From Acutalibacteraceae bacterium (GTDB taxonomy: Bacteria; Bacillota; Clostridia; Oscillospirales; Acutalibacteraceae): DNA of 64,000 bases. Of the stretch, positions 56,929-64,000 are shown piece after piece (the first letter of the stretch is position 1; each line of letters opens with the position of its first letter). The DNA is taken from contig JAZTZV010000053.1 of NCBI GenBank assembly GCA_045637645.1, forward strand, positions 4,417 to 68,416, written 5' to 3'. The translations under genes and the position numbers were made by a program. The notes below the pieces were generated by a model. The model did no database searches and was not told the DNA's origin. It worked only from the letters and a program-made list of their open reading frames with translations.

Positions 56929-58614
56929 TTATTTTTTGAATCCGTCTTTAAGAGATACGGAGCGGTTGAAGACGAGCGCGCCTTCTTTGCTGTCTTTGCT
57001 GTCCGCGCAGAAGTAACCGAGTCGCATGAATTGGAACGATTGCGACGGGTCGGCGTTGGCGAACGCCGCTTCGAGTTTACAGCCTTTGAGCACCTCGAGC
57101 GAATCGGGATCAAGGCATGCCATAAAGTCTTTGTCCGCCGCATCGGGATCGGGATCGGCAAAGAGCGAGCCATACAAGCGCACTTCCGCGTCAACGGCGG
57201 TGCGAGCGTCTGCCCAGTGGATGGTGCCGCGCACCTTGCGACCGTCCGCCGCGTTACCGCCGCGGCTGTCGGGATCGTATTCGCAAAGCACTTCCACAAC
57301 CTTGCCGTTCTCATCCTTCACGCAACCCGTGCATTTGACGATATACGCCGATTTGATGCGCACTTCGTTGCCGGGGAACAAGCGGCGATAGCCCTTAACG
57401 GGTTCTTCCATGAAGTCGTCTTCCTCAACATAGAGATCGCGCGAGAAGGTCAGCGTGTGCGTGCCTGCCTCGGGATCCATCGGATTGTTCTCGATCTCGA
57501 AGGTCTCGGTCTTATCCTCGGGGTAGTTGGTGATGGTCAGCTTCAGCGGACGAAGCACCGCCATCGCACGGGTGGCATTGGTGTTGAGATCGTCACGCAG
57601 GCATGCTTCCAAAAGCGCATATTCCACGGTGTTCGGCACTTTTGCGACGCCGATGCGGTCAATGAACTCGCGCACGGCGGCAGGGGTATAACCGCGGCGG
57701 CGCAAACCGCACAAAGTCGGCATGCGGGGATCGTCCCAACCGCTGACAATGCCGTCTTCAACAAGTTTGCGGAGCTTTCTCTTGGAGAGCACCGTGTAGT
57801 TGATGCCCAGACGCGCAAACTCAATTTGACGCGGGTTGGCGTCAAGATCGACGTTTTCCTTCACCCAGTCATACAGCGGGCGATGATTTTCGAATTCGAG
57901 CGAGCACAGCGAGTGGGTGATACCCTCCATCATATCTTCGATGGGGTGCGCGAAGTCGTACATCGGGTAGATGCACCACTTGTCGCCTTGACGGTGGTGG
58001 TGCGCGTGGTTAATGCGATAAATCGCAGGATCGCGCATGTTGAAGTTGCCGCTGGCAAGATCGATCTTCGCGCGAAGCGTCATCGCGCCGTCCTCAAACT
58101 CACCCGCACGCATGCGTGCGAACAAATCGAGGCTTTCCTCCATCGGGCGATCACGATACGGGCTGACAGCAGGGTGGGTGAGGTCGCCGCGGTTTTCGCG
58201 CATTTCCTCGGGAGTCAATTGGCAAACGTAGGCAAGACCTTTTTTGATAAGACCCACCGCGAGATCGTACATCGTGTCGAAATAATCCGACGCGTAGTAG
58301 AAATGCTCGCCCCAGTCATAGCCGAGCCAATGAATGTCTTCTTGGATCGCTTCGACGTATTCGACATCTTCCTTTGTGGGGTTGGTGTCGTCCATGCGCA
58401 AATGGCACACACCGCCGTATTTTTCTGCCGTGCCGAAATCAATGCACAGTGCCTTCACGTGACCGATGTGCAGATAGCCATTGGGCTCCGGAGGAAAACG
58501 GGTGTGCACGGTTTTGCCGTAGCAACGACCGCCTTCTTGAAGCTCTTCGTCGATGATCTCGTGAATAAAATTGGACGGACGCGAAGCTTCCGTGATGATT
58601 TTTTCTTCTTCCAT
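56929..58614 (-). CDS. glnS: Glutamine-tRNA ligase
   Basis: 561 aa. RFPPEPNGYLHIGH (HIGH), VLSKRK (KMSKS), C-terminal anticodon-binding beta-barrels. Confidence 0.95.
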   Translation of the reverse strand: MEEEKIITEASRPSNFIHEIIDEELQEGGRCYGKTVHTRFPPEPNGYLHIGHVKALCIDFGTAEKYGGVCHLRMDDTNPTKEDVEYVEAIQEDIHWLGYDWGEHFYYASDYFDTMYDLAVGLIKKGLAYVCQLTPEEMRENRGDLTHPAVSPYRDRPMEESLDLFARMRAGEFEDGAMTLRAKIDLASGNFNMRDPAIYRINHAHHHRQGDKWCIYPMYDFAHPIEDMMEGITHSLCSLEFENHRPLYDWVKENVDLDANPRQIEFARLGINYTVLSKRKLRKLVEDGIVSGWDDPRMPTLCGLRRRGYTPAAVREFIDRIGVAKVPNTVEYALLEACLRDDLNTNATRAMAVLRPLKLTITNYPEDKTETFEIENNPMDPEAGTHTLTFSRDLYVEEDDFMEEPVKGYRRLFPGNEVRIKSAYIVKCTGCVKDENGKVVEVLCEYDPDSRGGNAADGRKVRGTIHWADARTAVDAEVRLYGSLFADPDPDAADKDFMACLDPDSLEVLKGCKLEAAFANADPSQSFQFMRLGYFCADSKDSKEGALVFNRSVSLKDGFKK

Positions 58615-58627
58615 GGATAAATCCTCC

Positions 58628-60283
58628 TTAACTCAACTTCTCGATCGCCGCGTCAATGCGAGTCATCACGCGTTCCACGCCGAGAAGTTGCATGATCGCG
58701 CAAAGATCGGGGGTGTTGCGGCGGCCGGTGATCGCCAAACGAACGATGGTGCTGACGTCGCCGACGTGACCTTTGAAGTCTTCGGGATGTTTTTTGTATT
58801 CTTTCACTTCGGGGCAGAAGCCGAGAGCGGGGCAAAGTGCTTTGAGCGTATCAAACCACGCTTGTTTGTCCGCTGCGGGATCGTAAACCTCTTTGTAAGC
58901 TGTGAGAACCGCCGCGGCATCTGCAGGGTTGAGGTTTTCGGGGAGTTCCCACTCGCTATCAAAGCCGTCGTCAAAGAAATACGCGGCGTATTCGGCAGCG
59001 TCGCCCCATTTTGCCATGTCCTTGCGGGGTTTCGGGCCGCCGCGATCGATGGCGAAAATGCCTGTCGTGAACGCGCGATCGGCGTTGAGTTTTTCATAAA
59101 ATGCGGGGTCGTATTCTTTCGCCCAATCAAGCACCGCGTCGGCGACGGCTTGCGCGTCCATCGAGGCGATGACGTTTTTACTGACATCGTTGAGTTTGTT
59201 CATGTCGAACAACGCGCCCGACACGCTCATTTTCTTCAGGTTGAAGGGGAACGCACTGCGCGGAGCGTCGGGGTTGCAACGGCGCCAATCTTCGAAGTCG
59301 CTGTTGGCGATGGTCAGCAAATATTCCAGCACGCTGTCCGCGGGATAACCTTGCTGTGCATAGAAATGCATCGCCGCTTCGGGATCTTTGCGCTTGGACA
59401 GTTTGCGCTTGCCGCCGTTTTCTTCTTTCATAATCGGGCTGACGTGCGCGTATTTCGGCGCTTTGAAGCCGAGCACACGGAAGAGCTGCAAATGCTTCGG
59501 AACGGAGGAAATCCATTCGTCGCCGCGGATGACGTGGGTGGTGCGCATCAAATGATCGTCCACCGCGTGCGCAAAGTGATAGGTCGGCACGCCGTCGGAT
59601 TTGAGAAGCACGATGTCCTCGTCGTTTTCGGGCATTTCGATTTTACCTTTGATCATGTCGTCAAACGCAATGCGGCGGCTTTCGTCGCCGGGAGAGCGCA
59701 AACGCACAACGTACGGATCGCCGTTTTGCACGCGCGCGAGCGCTTCATCGATCGACAGTTCACGGCATTTCGCGAATTGACCGTAATAGCCCGTGCGGCA
59801 TTTTTGTGCTTCCTGTTGCTCTCTGGCGGCAAGGCGCTCTTCCTCCGAGCAGAAGCAGGGATAGGCAAGACCTTGCTCGACGAGTGATTTGACATACACG
59901 TGGTAAATGTCCACGCGAGCGGATTGTTGATAAGGAGCGTAATCGCCTTTGACAACGCCGGGGGCAACAAAGCCTTCATCAAGCGTCAAGCCGTAGGTGT
60001 TGAAACCCGACAAAATATCGTCGGCACCGCCTTCGACTTCACGCTTCTTGTCGGTGTCTTCCAAACGGAAGTAAAACAAGCCGTCCGTCGATGAAGCGGT
60101 CAAACGGTTGATCATCGCGGTGAAGAATACACCGAGGTGCAAATAACCCGTCGGGCTCGGCGCGATACGCGTCACACGCGCGCCTTCTTTCAGATTGCGA
60201 GCGGGATAACGCTCTTCAAGCTGCTCGGGGGTGGTCACGACATCGGGGAACATCGCGGCGCTGAGCTGCTGTAATGTACTCAT
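58628..60283 (-). CDS. gltX: Glutamate-tRNA ligase
   Basis: 551 aa from MSTLQQL (AGGAGGA RBS). RIAPSPTGYLHLG and KLSKRK motifs. Ends 13 nt upstream of glnS. Confidence 0.95.
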   Translation of the reverse strand: MSTLQQLSAAMFPDVVTTPEQLEERYPARNLKEGARVTRIAPSPTGYLHLGVFFTAMINRLTASSTDGLFYFRLEDTDKKREVEGGADDILSGFNTYGLTLDEGFVAPGVVKGDYAPYQQSARVDIYHVYVKSLVEQGLAYPCFCSEEERLAAREQQEAQKCRTGYYGQFAKCRELSIDEALARVQNGDPYVVRLRSPGDESRRIAFDDMIKGKIEMPENDEDIVLLKSDGVPTYHFAHAVDDHLMRTTHVIRGDEWISSVPKHLQLFRVLGFKAPKYAHVSPIMKEENGGKRKLSKRKDPEAAMHFYAQQGYPADSVLEYLLTIANSDFEDWRRCNPDAPRSAFPFNLKKMSVSGALFDMNKLNDVSKNVIASMDAQAVADAVLDWAKEYDPAFYEKLNADRAFTTGIFAIDRGGPKPRKDMAKWGDAAEYAAYFFDDGFDSEWELPENLNPADAAAVLTAYKEVYDPAADKQAWFDTLKALCPALGFCPEVKEYKKHPEDFKGHVGDVSTIVRLAITGRRNTPDLCAIMQLLGVERVMTRIDAAIEKLS

Positions 60284-60324
60284 AGTTGGATTCCTCCTAC
60301 TGAATTCTCGTTCAAACATGTATT

Positions 60325-60353
60325 ATTTTATATTTTTATATTGAAAAAGTCAA
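60325..60353 (-). promoter_or_regulatory. Promoter of gltX-glnS
   Basis: Minus strand TTGACT, 17 nt, TAAAAT. Overlaps the divergent promoter. Confidence 0.6.
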
Positions 60354-60369
60354 TCATCAATGGTAAAAT
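60341..60369 (+). promoter_or_regulatory. Promoter of the aminotransferase-trpS operon
   Basis: TTGAAA, 17 nt, TGgTAAAAT. Confidence 0.6.
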
Positions 60370-60416
60370 AGGGGGACGAAACAGAGATTTTTTCGTGTTT
60401 GGAGGCATTTTTTACC

Positions 60417-61610
60417 ATGAACTATACTTTTTCCGACGGTTTGCGCGATTTGGCGCCTTCCGCGATTCGTGAAATTTTGAAATATGCAAGTGTTCCCGGT
60501 GTGGTGGCGTTGTCGGCTGGCAACCCCGCTCCCGAAGCATTCCCCGTGGACGCGATCGCGTCGATCTCCGAAAAACTCTTGCGCGAGCGTCCGATCGATG
60601 TGTTGCAATACGGTGCCACCGAGGGTTATCAACCCCTGCGCGACCATTTGAAAGCGTACCTCAAATCGAAATATGCCATCGGCTGTGACGATGACGAGAT
60701 TTTGATCACGTCGGGTGCGCAACAGGTGATGGAACTTGTTACCAAAACGGTTTGCAATCAAGGCGATGTCGTCATCGCCGAAAGCCCGAGTTTCATTGGT
60801 TCGCTCAACTCGTTCCGTGCGCTCGGCGTCAAACTCGTCGGCGTTCCCGTTGAAGCGGACGGCATGGATATTGATGCGCTCGAAGCCGCTCTCAAAGCCA
60901 ATCAAAATGTGCGTTTCATCTACACGATCCCGAATTTCCAAAATCCCGCCGGTGTCACGATGAGCCTTGAAAAGCGTCAACGTCTGTATGCCCTTGCCAA
61001 GGCGTACGGCGTGCTGATCGTGGAAGACAACCCCTACGGCGATCTCCGTTTTGCGGGCGAGGATGTGCCCTCGATCAAATCGATGGACGACGACGGCGTT
61101 GTGGTGTATGCGGGTAGCTTCTCGAAAGTGCTGTCGTCGGGCATGCGCGTCGGCTATGCGCTGGCGAACAAAACCCTCCTTGCGAAGATGATCGTCGCCA
61201 AGCAAGGCGAAGATGTTCATACGACGCAATGGGCGCAAATGGTGTGCCATGAGTTTATGGTGAATTACGACTTCGAAGCGCATCTGGAGAATTTGCGCAC
61301 GATTTATAAGAAAAAAGCCGACCTGATGATGGATCTGCTTGACGAACATCTGGTGCCGGCCGGTATCAAATACAATCGTCCCGAGGGCGGTTTGTTCATC
61401 TGGTGTCAGCTTCCCGAAGGCGTCGACATGGCAGAATTTTGTACCAAAGCCGTCAAAGAACATAAGGTGGCGGTCGTGCCCGGCTCGGCATTCAATGTCG
61501 AGGGCGAGCATCTGCAGACCTTCCGCGTGAATTTCTCCACCCCAACGGATGACGCGATGCGTGAGGGCGTTGCGCGTTTGGGTGCGTTTGCAAAAGAGTA
61601 TATCAAATGA
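60417..61610 (+). CDS. PLP-dependent aminotransferase, class I/II (2-aminoadipate/aromatic aminotransferase-like)
   Basis: 397 aa from MNYTFSDG. PSAIREIL, NFQNPAG, candidate PLP lysine in SFSKVL. Confidence 0.85.
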   Translation: MNYTFSDGLRDLAPSAIREILKYASVPGVVALSAGNPAPEAFPVDAIASISEKLLRERPIDVLQYGATEGYQPLRDHLKAYLKSKYAIGCDDDEILITSGAQQVMELVTKTVCNQGDVVIAESPSFIGSLNSFRALGVKLVGVPVEADGMDIDALEAALKANQNVRFIYTIPNFQNPAGVTMSLEKRQRLYALAKAYGVLIVEDNPYGDLRFAGEDVPSIKSMDDDGVVVYAGSFSKVLSSGMRVGYALANKTLLAKMIVAKQGEDVHTTQWAQMVCHEFMVNYDFEAHLENLRTIYKKKADLMMDLLDEHLVPAGIKYNRPEGGLFIWCQLPEGVDMAEFCTKAVKEHKVAVVPGSAFNVEGEHLQTFRVNFSTPTDDAMREGVARLGAFAKEYIK

Positions 61611-61624
61611 GGAGACCTTGAATT

Positions 61625-62635
61625 ATGTCTGAACAACAAGAGATCGTGCGCCGTAAGCGCGCGTTAAGCTGTATCCAACCGACGGGCACCCCGACGCTCG
61701 GCAACTATCTCGGTGCATTGCGCAACTGGGTCGCGATGCAAGATGAGATGGATTGTTGCTACGCGGTGGCGGATCTGCATTCCATCACCGTGCGTCAAGA
61801 ACCCGCCAAGCTTCGTCAACAAATCAAAGAGATGTTTGCGCTGTTGATTGCGATCGGTCTCGATCCCGAGAAAAACGTCATTTTTGTGCAATCGCAAGTG
61901 CCGCAACACGCGGAGCTTGCGTGGTTGCTGGCATGCAACACGCAATTCGGCGAACTGTCCCGCATGACGCAATTTAAGGATAAATCGCAAAAGCATGCCG
62001 ATAATATTAACCTTGGCTTGTTTGCATATCCGACCTTGATGGCGGCGGATATTTTGCTGTATCAACCCGATTACGTGCCGGTCGGTGCCGACCAAAAGCA
62101 ACATTGCGAATTGGCGCGCGATATTGCGGGTCGTTTCAACAATCTGTACGGCAACACCTTTGTGGTGCCCGAACCGTATATCATGAAGGCCGGCGCACGT
62201 GTGCGTTCGCTTCAAGATCCGACGAAGAAGATGTCCAAATCCGACGAAAACCAAAACTCCTTTATTTCGATGAAGGATGATCGCGACACGATTCTGCGCA
62301 AATGTAAGCGCGCCGTCACCGACAGTGAAGCGTGCGTGCGTTACGCCGACGGCAAGGACGGCATCAACAACTTGATGGAGATGTATGCCGCTGTTACGGG
62401 CAAGAGCTATGAAGAGATCGAGCGCGAGTTTGACGGTCGCGGTTACGGTGATTTTAAGGTCGCGGTCGGCGAAGCAATCGCGGATGAGCTGGCACCGATC
62501 CAAGCGCGTTTCGACGAGCTGATGAAAGACAAAGCTTACCTCGAAGAGATGATGAAAAAAGGTGCCGACACCGCGTCGCACATCGCGTATCGCACGCTGT
62601 CGAAAGCGAAGAAAAAGATGGGCTTTGTTCTTTGA
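61625..62635 (+). CDS. trpS: Tryptophan-tRNA ligase
   Basis: 336 aa. QPTGTPTLGNYLGA and KMSKSD motifs. Confidence 0.95.
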   Translation: MSEQQEIVRRKRALSCIQPTGTPTLGNYLGALRNWVAMQDEMDCCYAVADLHSITVRQEPAKLRQQIKEMFALLIAIGLDPEKNVIFVQSQVPQHAELAWLLACNTQFGELSRMTQFKDKSQKHADNINLGLFAYPTLMAADILLYQPDYVPVGADQKQHCELARDIAGRFNNLYGNTFVVPEPYIMKAGARVRSLQDPTKKMSKSDENQNSFISMKDDRDTILRKCKRAVTDSEACVRYADGKDGINNLMEMYAAVTGKSYEEIEREFDGRGYGDFKVAVGEAIADELAPIQARFDELMKDKAYLEEMMKKGADTASHIAYRTLSKAKKKMGFVL

Positions 62636-62681
62636 ACAACGACTGCGTCATAAGATTTTGATATAAAGGGGGATTAACATC

Positions 62682-63683
62682 ATGAAGATCCTGGTTATCA
62701 TGACGGGCGGCACGATTGGCTGTGTGCGAAACGGCGATTGGATCATGCCCGATGAAATGCGGACATACGTCTTGCTCGATCATTATCTCCAAAAATATAA
62801 AGATACGGATGTGGAATTTGAAACCGTCGTGCCTTATACGACTCTCAGTGAGCAACTGTCTCATGAACATTTGAATAAATTGATCGCATGCATCCGCGAG
62901 CATAAAGATAACGGCTACGCCGGCATCATCGTCACGCACGGCACCGACACCTTACAATATACCGCTTCGGCACTCAACTTTGTGTTCGGCGTGAACACGT
63001 TACCGATCGTGCTCGTGTCAAGTAACTATCCGCTGGATGATCGCCGCGCCAACGGTCATCGCAACTTTGCGGCGGCGGTATCGTTCATTCGCTCTCGCAT
63101 CGGTAAAGGCACGTTCGTCAGTTACAAAAACTCCGATTTGGTGACACGTTTGCATCGCGCTTCGCGTTTGCTGACTCATCCCGAAAACGGCGACGAGCTG
63201 TACAGCGTCGACCGTGCACCCTATGCGGTTTGCGAGGATGACGTGATCATCAAAAATACGGCGTACCGTCGCGGCGGCAGCAGTGGCGAAACGTTTGAAA
63301 ACGCCGTGTTTTCGGAGGATGCCGGAGTGTTGACGATTATGATGCGCCCCGGCGAGGTCTACCCGTACGACCTCGATCGCGTGAAAGCGGTTCTCATTCG
63401 CCCGTATCATTCCGGTACGCTTCACACCGAAAGCGGTAGCTTCCGTGCCTTCTGCAAACGTGCCGCTGAGAAAAACGTTCTGGTCTTTTTGATCGATATA
63501 TCGCACGGCGAAAGCCGCTACGCAAGCGCAAAACTGTACGAAGAACTCGGTTTGACGGTTTTGCCGATGTCGGCGTTTGTCCCGATGTATATGAAATTGT
63601 GGTTGGCGGTCAGCCTCGGCGAAGATGTGAAGAGATTTGCTCTCAAACCGCTTGCCGAAGAATTTTCAACAGATGATTTCTAA
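62682..63683 (+). CDS. L-asparaginase family protein (type I-like)
   Basis: 333 aa. MTGGTIG nucleophile Thr motif and THGTDT. Confidence 0.85.
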   Translation: MKILVIMTGGTIGCVRNGDWIMPDEMRTYVLLDHYLQKYKDTDVEFETVVPYTTLSEQLSHEHLNKLIACIREHKDNGYAGIIVTHGTDTLQYTASALNFVFGVNTLPIVLVSSNYPLDDRRANGHRNFAAAVSFIRSRIGKGTFVSYKNSDLVTRLHRASRLLTHPENGDELYSVDRAPYAVCEDDVIIKNTAYRRGGSSGETFENAVFSEDAGVLTIMMRPGEVYPYDLDRVKAVLIRPYHSGTLHTESGSFRAFCKRAAEKNVLVFLIDISHGESRYASAKLYEELGLTVLPMSAFVPMYMKLWLAVSLGEDVKRFALKPLAEEFSTDDF

Positions 63684-63685
63684 AA

Positions 63686-63722
63686 AACAAAAATCCGCAG
63701 ATGACTCTGCGGATTTTTTTTA
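63686..63722. terminator. Bidirectional terminator
   Basis: AAATCCGCAGA-TGAC-TCTGCGGATTT flanked by A-run and T-run. Confidence 0.85.
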
Positions 63723-64000
63723 TTGAATTGTAAAATGAATCAAAGGAGCAGGTGTAGGGGTGTGACTGTCGATGGTGATTGCCTCAAGAAACGCTTGCTT
63801 GGCGGTTTCGAGCAACGCTTCATCGGAAGTATACAACGCCGCGAGCGGTTCGTTTTCAGCAATGCTATCGCCTGTTTTGACAAAGAGCACCAAACCGGCA
63901 CCCATGTCAATTGCGTCGTCTTTTTTGGCACGTCCTGCGCCGAGAAGCGTGCAAACACGTCCGACGGCTTCGGTGTCGGTTTTGGTGATGAAACCGCTTT
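63720..64000 (-). CDS. pdp: Pyrimidine-nucleoside phosphorylase, C-terminal fragment (runs off the window)
   Basis: In-frame translation ...LLGAGRAKKDDAIDMGAGLVLFVKTGD... matches the C-terminal domain of thymidine/pyrimidine-nucleoside phosphorylases. 5' part lies outside the window. Confidence 0.75.
   Translation of the reverse strand, partial: SGFITKTDTEAVGRVCTLLGAGRAKKDDAIDMGAGLVLFVKTGDSIAENEPLAALYTSDEALLETAKQAFLEAITIDSHTPTPAPLIHFTIQ

Noticed and set aside
60284-60416. T-box leaders for gltX-glnS or trpS.
   Set aside because: The region is only 133 nt and is occupied by two overlapping promoters. I see no specifier-loop/Stem I architecture and no T-box 14-mer.

Overview
Mostly housekeeping chromosomal DNA from a roughly 55% GC Firmicute. 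Gene content looks like Clostridia/Oscillospiraceae, but that taxonomy is inference only. I call 69 protein genes and one tRNA. Main blocks: an 8-gene purine operon (purE-purF-purM-purN, a PurO-like IMP cyclohydrolase, an AICARFT-only purH, purD, and a single-chain purL) read through a leader terminator; rpsF-ssb-rpsR; guaB; nagA; glgP; the cdaA-cdaR c-di-AMP module; folE; tsaE-tsaB; upp; and an aminoacyl-tRNA synthetase cluster (gltX-glnS facing aminotransferase-trpS-asparaginase). Accessory modules: two ECF-type sigma operons in visibly AT-rich DNA, a translationally coupled PadR-DUF1700-DUF4097 operon, and a translationally coupled SdpR-SdpI-ABC operon. There is also a glycolipid glycosyltransferase/hydrolase/SDR/MATE/NUDIX gene string and several orphan membrane or exported proteins. 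I found no CRISPR array, integrase, transposase, recognisable defence system or rRNA. The least explained signals are RNA/DNA-level and sit around tRNA-Pro. (1) A strong promoter drives a ~210-nt GC-rich structured leader that starts with an exact 20-nt copy of the tRNA-Pro 5' end, 202 nt upstream of the real tRNA. (2) The AT-rich islet next to it holds a Cys-rich lipoprotein gene behind a ~230-nt leader; that leader begins with a ~26-bp closing helix, ends in an intrinsic terminator, and shares ACACAATA half-sites with the divergent PadR promoter. Many long ORFs in the track are antisense mirror-frame artefacts of GC-rich genes and are rejected.
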